Below, piece by piece: positions 19,418-28,747 of a stretch of 64,000 nt of DNA. The position numbers and the translations under genes are program-made. Positions within the stretch are counted from its first letter, which is position 1; each line of letters opens with the position of its first letter. The stretch is from Phycisphaerae bacterium (GTDB lineage Bacteria > Planctomycetota > Phycisphaerae > UBA1845). The stretch is taken from contig DAORAL010000005.1 of NCBI GenBank assembly GCA_035344155.1, forward strand, positions 38,465-102,464, given 5' to 3'. Under the pieces are notes generated by a model. That model ran no database searches. It was given only the letters and a program-made list of their open reading frames with translations, and was not told the origin of the DNA.

Positions 19418-19835
19418 TGCGATTCACCCACAAATTTGTGGTCATTGGGTGTTGAGCAAAGTGACGATTATATGGCATCTTTCAAATTCGAGCTTTCATC
19501 ATATCGGATCGAAGGCGGTTCGTCATGATCAGTTGCCGGGCCAACAAGGCTCGCCACTCAAACCCATTTTCCGATCCTGTCAATCGAGTTCGCGTGTGGT
19601 CGATTCGCCAGATAGACCCGTTGGACCTCGATCAATAACCTGTTAGGTCCAATCGCGTAAGACCTAAAAAACTCGCGGTTCAGCGCGTTCGGAAAATCAA
19701 TCCGGTATCGAACGCGGGGCGACGCACCGTCCGCGCTGCGCGACAGATAATCCAGCGCACGAAAGCCGCACCCTTCCGCGAACCCAAAACGCTCGCAGAC
19801 TTCGACTTTACCTTCAACGCATCCGTGAAGAAGAA

Positions 19836-20257
19836 ATGAATCTTCGATCTGGCGACGTGACGATCACTGGTGAAATCAGCGTGAACTCCGACGCGCGTCT
19901 CAAAAAGGGCATCGCCAGTATCGACGACGCCCGCGCACTGATTATCCGACTCGATGGAAGAACCTATCACTGGAAGGATAGAACTGGTCGCGATGACAAT
20001 CGACACGTCGGTCTGATCGCGCAAGAAGTGGAATCCGTCCTGCCCGATCTGGTCAGCGAATCAGCCGCCGGCATCAAGTCGGTGAACTACCAGGGGTTGG
20101 TGCCCGTTCTGATCAATGCCGTGAAAGAGCAGGACCAGACCATTCAAATCAAAGTCAGGACGATCAAATCGACGCACTCTGTGCCGCGAACAACGAACTT
20201 GCGAACCGGCTGGCCCGCATCGAGTCCATGCCGAACGCAAACGGAGGTGCAAAGTGA
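19836..20257 (+). pseudogene. remnant of a tail-fiber-type intramolecular chaperone (peptidase S74-like) domain; N-terminally orphaned and frameshifted
   Basis: SDARLKKGI...HVGLIAQEVESVLPDLV...VNYQGLVPVLINAVKEQ matches the S74 autoprocessing/chaperone pattern. Near 20140-20155 the expected coiled-coil tail (QSQDDQIDALCAANNELANRLARIESM..GAK*) continues in a different frame. No body of a fibre protein lies upstream. Confidence 0.55.
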
Positions 20258-20676
20258 AGACCCGAACGAAGTCGACGGTTCTCGCAGTGGCTGGCTTGCT
20301 GGTTTCTGGAGCGTTCGTCTCTGCCGGCGAATTGGACCTGCGTTGGCGCACGGTTGACAGCGGTGGCGGATACAGCGCCGGTGGCGAATTCGAAATCGAA
20401 GGCACAGCCGGACAGCCCGATGCAGGTGCGATGACCGGCGGAAGCTTTGCGCTTGCAGGTGGGTTCTGGTCCGCCGCGACGCAAAATGTGGCGATCCCCG
20501 GAGATTGCGATGGCGACGGTGAAGTGGACCTGGATGACCATGCCGACGTCATTGCATGCCTTTCAGGTCCGAGCGCGGGCGTGAATGCCGGTTGCGCCTG
20601 TTTCGACTTTGATCTGGAAGGTGACACCGACCTGCGCGACTTCGCCAATTTGCAAATGGTGTTCACTGGGAACTGA
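20254..20676 (+). CDS. small secreted protein (140 aa) with a GGFW-type N-domain and dockerin-like C-terminal tail
   Basis: GTG start overlaps the TGA of the upstream remnant (GTGA). Signal peptide KTRTKSTVLAVAGLLVSGAFVSA. Tail: DCDGDGEVDLDDHADVIACLSGP...CACFDFDLEGDTDLRDFANLQMVF. Confidence 0.6.
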   Translation: MKTRTKSTVLAVAGLLVSGAFVSAGELDLRWRTVDSGGGYSAGGEFEIEGTAGQPDAGAMTGGSFALAGGFWSAATQNVAIPGDCDGDGEVDLDDHADVIACLSGPSAGVNAGCACFDFDLEGDTDLRDFANLQMVFTGN

Positions 20677-20928
20677 CCCGTCGCACGAAAGATGAGCGCT
20701 TGACGCCGTTGTCTCTTGATCGATCAAGCCGCTTGAGGGTCGCTATCTTGCAGTCTGTCAATGTTTGATTGCAACATGGGGGGGGCAGATCGCCGCGCGA
20801 GCATTTGGAATTGCCACCGAGAATCCCGAAGAATGACTACCGGGAGCATTAACACGCGATTTATCTTAGCCACGCTCGCGCAAAAGAGTGCAGCAGCTAT
20901 TCTTGAGCGATCGGGGACCGCACGACAG

Positions 20929-21885
20929 TCAGCTAGTCGTTATCGACTTGTTCGCTCCGCCGATAGCGTGCAGTCTATCGGCGAACGAGATGATCATGTC
21001 GTGATGGCACAGCTTCTCATGCCATGTCTTAGGAATCGCGTCAATGCCGTAATACGCACCGGCCAGTTGTCCGAATACTGCGCCGGTCGTGTCGGCATCG
21101 TCACCGAGATTAACCGCCTTCAAGCAACCCTCTTCAAAACTGGTGCTGCTCCGAAATGCCCACAAAGCCGCTTCCAGTGATTGAACAACATAGCCCGTCC
21201 CGCGAATCTCCGGTGGTTCGCGATCCCAGAACGAACCGTTGGCGATCGTCTGGATTTCTTCGCAAAGCGGGTCGTCACTCCACGACGTGTCGAGAGCGAC
21301 GAAAGACGGTGAAAGCAGAATCTCCTTGGCGAGACCGGACAAAGCAGCACTTATCAGAAGCGCAAAATATCGGCAAGCATCGACAGCGGCAGTCGCGCCA
21401 TGTGTTGTACGTGAACTTGCCGCAGCCAATTCACATGCGTGGGCCGGCGTATCTGCAAACATCGGTATTGGGGCGAGCCGCATGATTGAACCGTTGCCCG
21501 CAGATCGCACGTCGGTCGGGCCGGAATACGGATCGCCTGATCGTTCAAAGGCAGCCAACGCTTTGCTGGTTGTGCCACCAATGTCGAAACATTCTCCGGT
21601 GCTGCTCATGTGGCCCTTTCGCCACCAACGCACGTATCGATTCATCTGGTCTGCGGGATCGAACTTCTTGCACTCGATAAGGCTTTCGGCGAGACACAGC
21701 GCCATCGATGTGTCGTCGGTCCATTGCCCGGGTTTGAGGTAGAAGGGGCCACCGCCAACCATGTCGATGATGGGTTTGAATGTGCCGGGCGGCATGAATT
21801 CCAGCGTCGTGCCAAGGGCGTCGCCAGCGGCGAGACCCAGAAGGCACCCGCGATATCGTTCCAGACTTGTGACCTGATGGGACAC
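20929..21885 (-). CDS. ADP-ribosylglycohydrolase family protein
   Basis: ERYRGCLLGLAAGDALGTTLEF, WTDDTSMALCLAES, GNGSIMR and GDDADTTGAVFGQLAGAYYG. Start reassigned to GTG 21885, preceded by AAGGAGA 6 nt upstream; the track start 21978 would overlap the upstream gene. Confidence 0.85.
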   Translation of the reverse strand: MSHQVTSLERYRGCLLGLAAGDALGTTLEFMPPGTFKPIIDMVGGGPFYLKPGQWTDDTSMALCLAESLIECKKFDPADQMNRYVRWWRKGHMSSTGECFDIGGTTSKALAAFERSGDPYSGPTDVRSAGNGSIMRLAPIPMFADTPAHACELAAASSRTTHGATAAVDACRYFALLISAALSGLAKEILLSPSFVALDTSWSDDPLCEEIQTIANGSFWDREPPEIRGTGYVVQSLEAALWAFRSSTSFEEGCLKAVNLGDDADTTGAVFGQLAGAYYGIDAIPKTWHEKLCHHDMIISFADRLHAIGGANKSITTS

Positions 21886-21908
21886 AGCAGTTCTCCTTGA
21901 GCTGGGGA

Positions 21909-22253
21909 TTATTTGTTTCGAAAGACGAAACGAATAAATCCTGACAGGAATGCCCCAGCCACGGCCAAGAGTCCCCACCAGAAAAAGCTTGGGGACTGTT
22001 TGGATAAATTGTCTGATGGCACGTCAACAGTGCGATTGTGCGCATGGTTGACGTTTACCAAGGTGGCGTTACCGACCGACTTGAGCCAGCGCCTTCCCGT
22101 CAAAGGGCTATAGAGGTGCCGTCCCTTCTTCAACTCGAAAATATTGGTGCATACGGCGCAGTCTCCCAGTAGCGCCCCCCAGGGAGGGCGCCCACACAAA
22201 CGACAATAGTTATTCTGCTGCCGTTCCTGGGGGGATTCCAGCATGGCTTCCAT
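21909..22253 (-). CDS. zinc-ribbon protein with C-terminal transmembrane helix (114 aa)
   Basis: CRLC-x12-CAVC zinc-ribbon motif and C-terminal TM helix FFWWGLLAVAGAFLSGFIRFVF. GAGGAG lies 7 nt upstream of the ATG. The gene sits between the exonuclease and ARH genes with 21-23 nt spacers. Confidence 0.5.
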   Translation of the reverse strand: MEAMLESPQERQQNNYCRLCGRPPWGALLGDCAVCTNIFELKKGRHLYSPLTGRRWLKSVGNATLVNVNHAHNRTVDVPSDNLSKQSPSFFWWGLLAVAGAFLSGFIRFVFRNK

Positions 22254-22274
22254 GTGATGGGTCTCCTCTGCGTT

Positions 22275-23174
22275 TCATGCGGCGGCTGGATCTGCAATCT
22301 CGACGATGCGGTCGAGGCGAAACGTTCTCATTTCTGCCGATTTTGTACAAAAGGCTTTGACGTAAACGTGACGGCCCGCGCTGAAGCACGTGAGCGGTCG
22401 AATCATGCGAAACGAAGATCGACCATCGCCATTCTCGTAGCGAATCGAAATCAACTGTCCGCTGGTAACGGCATCGTACAGCGGTCCCGGCAACGTCGTT
22501 TGGGGATGCGTGGGCCACTGCGGCTGGTAACGGTGCATGGATTGCAGGTCCGCTACGATTAAGCCCGCTTCACCCAACTCGCCAACCAACATTTTGAAGA
22601 CCTCTCGCGTGGCGACAGCATCGTCCAGCGCCCGATGCTTCGCGGGATGCATGATGCCCAACTCCGATGTGATCGTATCGAGCTTGTAATCGGGCAACTC
22701 CCAAGTCGCGGCGGCCAGCTGGCACGTATCGAGACAACCGGCTGGCTCCACACGAAATCCGGCGATCGCGAATTCCATCGAGAGAAAGCCAATGTCAAAC
22801 CGGATGTTGTGACCCACAAGCCAAGCGTTACCAAACAGTCCGCCAACGGTTTGGGCAACCGCTTCAAAGCGGGGAGCATTGGCAACATCGGCATCTGTGA
22901 TCCCATGGACGCTTCGAGCATCCCCTGGAATGGGCCGATCGGGGTTGATGAATTGGGACGCCTGGCGGGGCCTTTGGCCCGGTTCGCAGACGACCAGTCC
23001 CATTTCGACGATCCGATCTCCCATCGCAGGGGAGAGTCCGGTTGTTTCAACATCAACAAATACCAACTTGGCGTCTTTCAGTTGCATCAGCGCGCTCACA
23101 TCACACGAATTCACATGGTTTCGCCATACAGCATAAGGCCGCGGTATGACAGGATGGGTCGGACCAGTCCACAT
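22275..23174 (-). CDS. DEDDh (DnaQ/epsilon-like) 3'-5' exonuclease fused to a C-terminal WYL-like domain
   Basis: Exo I FVDVETTGL, Exo II LVGHNIRFDIGFL, Exo III HRALDDAVAT. C-terminus ISIRYENGDGRSSFRMIRPLTCFSAGRHVYVKAFCTKSAEMRTFRLDRIVEI. Alternative start at ATG 23087 (MQLKDAKLVFVDVE). Confidence 0.75.
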   Translation of the reverse strand: MWTGPTHPVIPRPYAVWRNHVNSCDVSALMQLKDAKLVFVDVETTGLSPAMGDRIVEMGLVVCEPGQRPRQASQFINPDRPIPGDARSVHGITDADVANAPRFEAVAQTVGGLFGNAWLVGHNIRFDIGFLSMEFAIAGFRVEPAGCLDTCQLAAATWELPDYKLDTITSELGIMHPAKHRALDDAVATREVFKMLVGELGEAGLIVADLQSMHRYQPQWPTHPQTTLPGPLYDAVTSGQLISIRYENGDGRSSFRMIRPLTCFSAGRHVYVKAFCTKSAEMRTFRLDRIVEIADPAAA

Positions 23175-23235
23175 GATGCAAAAATCTTGCTAGAATCGGT
23201 TCAATCAATTGTTTTCAACTTACGGAAAACCCATC

Positions 23236-24261
23236 ATGGCTCGCGGCGAACTCATTCTTCGGCAATGGAACCTGCTAAAAATGCTGCAAACGCGCGGTGA
23301 GGGCATCGCCTTGCGCGACATTGCCGTCGAACTGGACGTCAGCGAACGTACCGTGCAGCGTGATTTCGAAGTGTTGCAGGAGTTGGGGTTCCCGATCGAT
23401 TTCGAGGAGGATGAATACGGCAAGCGTTTCTGGCGATTGCCGGCGGACTTTTTCCGCAGTGGTCCGCTCGTACTCGGGATCACCGAGTCTGTTTCGCTGC
23501 ACCTGGCTGAGAGAATGCTTGATCCACTTGGAGGCACGATTTTCGCCGAGGGATTGCAATCGGTCTTGGACAAGATTCGAAGCCTCGTTCCCGCCAAAGC
23601 GCTCGATTATTTTGCGGATCTGGACAGCACCGTGCACGTGCGACGCATGGGCAAAGTCGATTACTCCAGACATGCTGACACGATCCGGCTTGTGTTGGAC
23701 GCAGCCCGCAAAGAGTTGACTGTCGAGATCACCTATCGATCGCTTTGGCGCAAGGAAGCCTACGAAACACGATTCGATCCGTATGGATTGGTATTGTTTG
23801 ATGGCGATCTCTTCATTCTGGGGCGGTCGCATCGGGCGGATGGAATGCGTATCTTAAAGATCGCCCGCATCGCATCCGTCATCCCAACGGCAGAGGCATT
23901 CGAGAAACCGGCGGATTTTGTGTTGGCCGATCACTTCCGAGCCAGTTTTGGAATCGTGCACACCGGTGATGAACCGGTCGAGGTCGTGGCCAAGTTCACG
24001 GGTTCAACGGCGGTCCTGGTCAGTGAACGTGAGTGGCACGAGAGTCAGCAACTGGCTTGGTTGGATGCCGAAGCCACGCTCTTCGACGAGGTGCCCGACG
24101 AACCGGATGCGGTACTGGCGACGTTTCAGTTGGGCAACACGGTCGAGTTCAAACGCTGGATCAAGGGGCTTGGTGCAGAGGCGGAAGTGGTTCGTCCCGA
24201 TTGGCTCCGCCGAGAAGTCCGAGACGAGCTACTGAAAGCCGTCCGCCGTCACGAAGATTGA
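23236..24261 (+). CDS. HTH-WYL-WCX transcriptional regulator (YafY/PafBC/BrxR/CapW architecture)
   Basis: N-terminal HTH LRQWNLLKMLQTRGEGIALRDIAVELDVSERTVQRDFEVLQELGFPI. WYL core VEITYRSLWRKEAYETRFDPYGLVLFDGDLFILG. C-terminal extension domain. Divergent from the exonuclease gene. Confidence 0.8.
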   Translation: MARGELILRQWNLLKMLQTRGEGIALRDIAVELDVSERTVQRDFEVLQELGFPIDFEEDEYGKRFWRLPADFFRSGPLVLGITESVSLHLAERMLDPLGGTIFAEGLQSVLDKIRSLVPAKALDYFADLDSTVHVRRMGKVDYSRHADTIRLVLDAARKELTVEITYRSLWRKEAYETRFDPYGLVLFDGDLFILGRSHRADGMRILKIARIASVIPTAEAFEKPADFVLADHFRASFGIVHTGDEPVEVVAKFTGSTAVLVSEREWHESQQLAWLDAEATLFDEVPDEPDAVLATFQLGNTVEFKRWIKGLGAEAEVVRPDWLRREVRDELLKAVRRHED

Positions 24262-24536
24262 CCACTGCCCGACACCGCCACACCTGCAACCCTAACAAAC
24301 CCACCAAATTCAAAAAACTTTCGTTGAATCAAGCCGTTCTGCAAGTGGCAATTCTCGCTCAACCGGTGATTTACGGAACCCCCGACACGATCTGTCGGAC
24401 CCCGTGCATGTTAGGTACGACCTGACGTGACAGTCTTCTCCGTCAGATTTCTTGCGTAGCAACGTGCAGGTTGGGGATGGGTGGCATCACCGCCACTTTC
24501 GTGTTCAGTTTGAAGAAGCAATGCCTGGAGGTGACG

Positions 24537-25181
24537 ATGTCTGCAGATGGTTCCCGAGTGTTTGTTGTCGACGAAGATGCAACGGCGCGAGATTCGCTCG
24601 TTCGCCTGTTGGAGTCAGCCGGATTCAAGACTGAATCATACGCCCATGTTTGCGGGTTTCTTAAATGTGCCAAGATGTCGGGTGGTGCGTGTGCGTTGAT
24701 TGCACTGCGCGTGCCGGAATGCAATGGTCATGGAATGCTAAACCAAATCATCGAACAGTCGCCGCAATTGCCGGTGATCGTGGTGAGCGAACATGGTGAC
24801 GTGCGCACTGCCGTCAAGGCGATTAAGAGTGGTGCCTGGGATTTCATTGAAAAACCGATCGATAAAAATGCGGTTCTCGAGAGCGTACGCAGTGCGATCA
24901 CCGATTCCGCGGGTGGTCGTCGCCGCGTGCGTGCGCTTGAAGAATTCAAGGGGGCGATCAAGACGCTAACTCGGCGAGAATTGGAGGTCTATGAACTGGT
25001 CATCGCCGGAAAAACGAGTCTGGAAATTGCAAAACGGCTTTATATTTCAACTCGGACCGTCTCAGCCCATCGCGCCAGCATCAAGGCAAAGACCGGCATC
25101 GCGAGCGCGGCTCAGCTCATTCGACTTGGCCTCCAGACACGGGACAGCGCTTTGAACCAACACGATCTCCGCGTGCCTTAG
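24537..25181 (+). CDS. FixJ/LuxR-family response regulator (REC + LuxR HTH)
   Basis: GGAGG lies 5 nt before ATG 24537. REC domain RVFVVDEDATARDSL...; HTH LTRRELEVYELVIAGKTSLEIAKRLYISTRTVSAHRASIKAKTG. Confidence 0.85.
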   Translation: MSADGSRVFVVDEDATARDSLVRLLESAGFKTESYAHVCGFLKCAKMSGGACALIALRVPECNGHGMLNQIIEQSPQLPVIVVSEHGDVRTAVKAIKSGAWDFIEKPIDKNAVLESVRSAITDSAGGRRRVRALEEFKGAIKTLTRRELEVYELVIAGKTSLEIAKRLYISTRTVSAHRASIKAKTGIASAAQLIRLGLQTRDSALNQHDLRVP

Positions 25182-25364
25182 AAGGAATCTGGCGCGGCGG
25201 AATGGATGGTTTCAGACAGGCTCGGAACTTGTCGCGAAAGCGACATCTTGGAATCAAGTACACGTCGATCGTGTATCGACACAATGGCTGTCGACGCGGG
25301 CGCAGTAGTTTTTGGACAGGAATGATTGCCCGGTTGGGCGATTGGATTGCGGTAGTATCGACGG

Positions 25365-25988
25365 CTAATTGTTTATTTGCACACTCAAGCGAATGAGTTG
25401 CGCCACACTTGTGATGCCGGTCTTTGCCTTGATGCTGGCGCGATGTGCTGAGACGGTCCGGGTCGAGATGCACAGATGCTTTGCGATTTCCGGACTGGTC
25501 ATGCCGGCGACGACGAGTTGGTACACTTCGTACTCGCGACGGGTCAGTCCACTGATCGACGACTTGAATTTTTGAATCGCGGACGTGGAATGACGGCCGT
25601 CTACAAACTCTGCGATCGCGCTTCGCACCGCCTTGATGATGACCCGGTCGTCAAAGGGTTTTTCGATAAAGTCCCAAGCGCCGTGCTTGATTGACTTGAC
25701 CGCTGTTTGAATGTCGCCATGACCACTGATCATGATAACTGGTAATTGCGGGTGCCGCTTTACCGTTTTGCGCAAGAGTTCAAGTCCGCCTGTTTCGGGC
25801 ATGCGGACATCAAACAGCGCGCATTCGCCAGATCGTACCTCTGCATTTTTCAAAAAGTCTTTGGCGCATGCGAAGGGCTGTGTGTTAAAACCTTCCGCGC
25901 CCAAGAGCCAGACCAGTGAATCGCGAACGGCAGCATCGTCATCGACAATATATACTCGGGGTTTGGTTGCCGACATTAGGGCCTCCAT
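25365..25988 (-). CDS. FixJ/LuxR-family response regulator (paralog of 24537-25181)
   Basis: REC domain RVYIVDDDAAVRDSL...DVRMPETGG; HTH LTRREYEVYQLVVAGMTSPEIAKHLCISTRTVSAHRASIKAKTG. Lies 3 nt downstream of the PAS kinase gene. Confidence 0.85.
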   Translation of the reverse strand: MEALMSATKPRVYIVDDDAAVRDSLVWLLGAEGFNTQPFACAKDFLKNAEVRSGECALFDVRMPETGGLELLRKTVKRHPQLPVIMISGHGDIQTAVKSIKHGAWDFIEKPFDDRVIIKAVRSAIAEFVDGRHSTSAIQKFKSSISGLTRREYEVYQLVVAGMTSPEIAKHLCISTRTVSAHRASIKAKTGITSVAQLIRLSVQINN

Positions 25989-25990
25989 GG

Positions 25991-28747
25991 TTATTGCTTA
26001 TACAATCGGAACGAAAAGATGGACCCCGACCCATTCTCTTCTATCCAAATTGCTCCACCATGTTCTTCAATCGTTGTTTTGCAAATCGCCAGCCCCAGAC
26101 CGAGCCCCGCGTCCTTGGTCGTGAAAAAAGAGTCAAACACCTTGGCTCGCAGGTTTTCGCCAACGCCAATGCCGGTATCGCAGACGGAAACCGTGACGTG
26201 TTCGGCTTCGTTTTTCTGATGGACCGTTAAGATGCGCGGCTGATCGACGAGTCTGGTCATGGATTCGATCGCATTGATCATCAAATTGATGATAACGTGT
26301 TCGATCTCAAGTGCGTTACCGATAACGACATCATCTGAATTGCTCGTGTCCAGCACAATCTGAACGTCGTTTTGTCGTGCGTTGGAAAGTACCATTTCGC
26401 TTGCATTGGCAATGACGCGCGAAACAGCGAAGGGTTCTCGCTTGGGGGTATCCTGACGGACAAATCGGTGAATTCGCCTGGTCAGTTCCTTCGCATTCAT
26501 GCACTGGGTTATGATCCTGTCGATGGCCTTGCCAATATCGCTTGCGTGTTCAGTTCCGGAAATTCGTGGTCGAATCCCGCTCGCGAAGTTGGCAATCACG
26601 GTAAGCGGTTGATTGAGTTCGTGTGCGACTTCGCTGGCGATCTGACCAACCGTGCTCACACGCGAAAGATGTGCCAACGCGACTCCGCGCGCGTGCAACT
26701 CCGATTCAAACTGCTTGAATTGCGTCACATCCTGGGCGATGCCGACGACTTCCTGGGTTGCGTCGCCCGAAGGTGCAAGGGATGAGCCCCGATCACGAAT
26801 CCATCGGATCGAACCATCGGGGCGCATGATGCGATATTCCTGGTCATAGCTCTTGCCTTCCCGGAGTCTCGCAAAGCTTTCAATGACGCGCTGTCGATCC
26901 TCTTTGATGATGGCGTCGGTCCAGGCACGGGGGTCGCTGTAGAGGTCGTCGACTTGCCGGCCCCAGATTTCTTCGTAGGAATTACTGACGAAGAGTACCC
27001 GCTGATTGGAAATATCGGTAATACGGCAAACGTCTTCGATCGTGTGTGCGATGACCTTGAGCAAACGCTCGCTCTTTCGCAAAGACGACTCGACTCCCTG
27101 TCGGACCGCAATCTCATTGCGCAACGATTCGTTGCTTCTGGTCAGGTCGGCTGTCCGCACAGCAATCTTGGCTTCGAGGGAGTCGTAAGATTCCTGAAGC
27201 GTTTGCTCGCTCATCTTGCGGTGCGTGATGTCCTCGCCGACGGCATGGTAAGCGGTCAACACCTGCTTCTTGTCGAAAACTGCCCGGTTGGTCCAACGAT
27301 GCCAACGTCGTGTACCATCAGGCAAGATGACTTCATTTTCATTAATTTGAACCGGCGATTCAGGGGTAAGTCCGCGCAAGCTTGCGACAACATCGTCTCG
27401 CTGATCATCGGCAATCAAATGCAAGAATGTCTTGCCGACGAGGTCGTTGGGTTTGATGTCAAACGCCTTGCAGAAGGCGTCGTTTACGAATTCGACTTCA
27501 AATGACGCGGTAAAGCGAGCAATGAAAATGGCCGTATCCTGGACGAGCGCCCTGTAATTGGACTCGCTGCGCCGCAATTGATCACTGATCTTTTCCAGTT
27601 CAGTGACATCGCGACTCAAGCCAAGTACGCCGACAATCTGTCCGTCGGAATCAGCCAGCGGGAGTTTGTGTGTGCGAAAAATCCGCTTTACACCATCGAT
27701 GTGCACGACATCGCGCCGATCAAACGTGGGCTGACCGGCCAAGGCATCGCGATCGTCGTCCAGGTATCCGCGCACGCCTTGGGACGGGTCGCCGTGGATC
27801 TCCGTAGGATCCCAACCATTTTCCAAGTCGGTTCGGCCGTACATATCTTCAGGTTTCTTACCGACCGCACGGGCAAACGCTTGATTGCATAGCAACGTCC
27901 TTGACTGACGATCCTTCACAAAGATGAGATCGGGAGTGGCATTGAAGAGTGTTTGCAGCAAATCAGACTTCAATGCCATTCGGTTTTGGGTCTGCCGCGG
28001 TAACGACTGGGTCCGCATTTGCTCTGTGAGGTCCGTGCTGGTCCCGATGACGCCCGTGGGCACACCGTTTGAGTTTCGCCGTACAATCCTACCGTGATCC
28101 CGCGTCCATCGATATTCCCCTGTTTGGGTGCGTAGCCGATACACGCATTCATACGCGTCGCTTTCACCCGAAATGTGGGACTCCAGCCGCAATTGCGCGA
28201 GCTTTATGTCATCTGGATGAACCAAACTCCGCCAAAACTCGATCGTCGGTACGACGGCCTTGTTTCGGTAGCCCAATGACTCCATCCACCGGTCGCTGAA
28301 TTCTGCCGCACCGGTTTCAAGATCCCACTCCCAGAATCCTTCGGCGGCGCATTCCAGCGCCATGGTCGCTCGTTCACGCCTCTCACTGAGATGTTCGCGG
28401 GCTTGCTTGAGGTCCGTGATATCGATGGCGGTCATGAGCATCGCACTTGAGTTTTCATGGGTAATCGCGCAATGCGTTGTATGCAGCCATCGATTTTCGC
28501 CCTGGGCTGTGGTGATTTGAATCTCGTCGCTGAACGGCTTGGAAGCGCCCTCATGCAGTTGCGTATCAATGCTCTCCGCCAAAGTCTTCTTGTTCGGGCT
28601 TATCAATTCAGCCGGATCTAGCTGCAGCAATTGCTCTAACGTGTAGCCGGTTAGCTGGGCAGCAGCTTGGTTGGCATAGCAGATTCGACTATCGACACAG
28701 ATGAAGGCCGCTGTCGGTGATTGATCAACCCATTGTCGAAACTCCAT
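25991..28747 (-). CDS. multi-PAS sensor histidine kinase (FixL-like hybrid of several PAS/PAC modules + HisKA + HATPase)
   Basis: Several PAS/PAC-like repeats (e.g. WEWDLETGAAEFSDRW, YRLRTQTGEYRWTRDHG, EYRIMRPDGSIRWIRDRG). H-box SEVAHELNQPLT and ATPase DTGIGVGENLRAKVFDSFFTTKDAGLGLGLAICK. Confidence 0.85.
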   Translation of the reverse strand: MEFRQWVDQSPTAAFICVDSRICYANQAAAQLTGYTLEQLLQLDPAELISPNKKTLAESIDTQLHEGASKPFSDEIQITTAQGENRWLHTTHCAITHENSSAMLMTAIDITDLKQAREHLSERRERATMALECAAEGFWEWDLETGAAEFSDRWMESLGYRNKAVVPTIEFWRSLVHPDDIKLAQLRLESHISGESDAYECVYRLRTQTGEYRWTRDHGRIVRRNSNGVPTGVIGTSTDLTEQMRTQSLPRQTQNRMALKSDLLQTLFNATPDLIFVKDRQSRTLLCNQAFARAVGKKPEDMYGRTDLENGWDPTEIHGDPSQGVRGYLDDDRDALAGQPTFDRRDVVHIDGVKRIFRTHKLPLADSDGQIVGVLGLSRDVTELEKISDQLRRSESNYRALVQDTAIFIARFTASFEVEFVNDAFCKAFDIKPNDLVGKTFLHLIADDQRDDVVASLRGLTPESPVQINENEVILPDGTRRWHRWTNRAVFDKKQVLTAYHAVGEDITHRKMSEQTLQESYDSLEAKIAVRTADLTRSNESLRNEIAVRQGVESSLRKSERLLKVIAHTIEDVCRITDISNQRVLFVSNSYEEIWGRQVDDLYSDPRAWTDAIIKEDRQRVIESFARLREGKSYDQEYRIMRPDGSIRWIRDRGSSLAPSGDATQEVVGIAQDVTQFKQFESELHARGVALAHLSRVSTVGQIASEVAHELNQPLTVIANFASGIRPRISGTEHASDIGKAIDRIITQCMNAKELTRRIHRFVRQDTPKREPFAVSRVIANASEMVLSNARQNDVQIVLDTSNSDDVVIGNALEIEHVIINLMINAIESMTRLVDQPRILTVHQKNEAEHVTVSVCDTGIGVGENLRAKVFDSFFTTKDAGLGLGLAICKTTIEEHGGAIWIEENGSGSIFSFRLYKQ

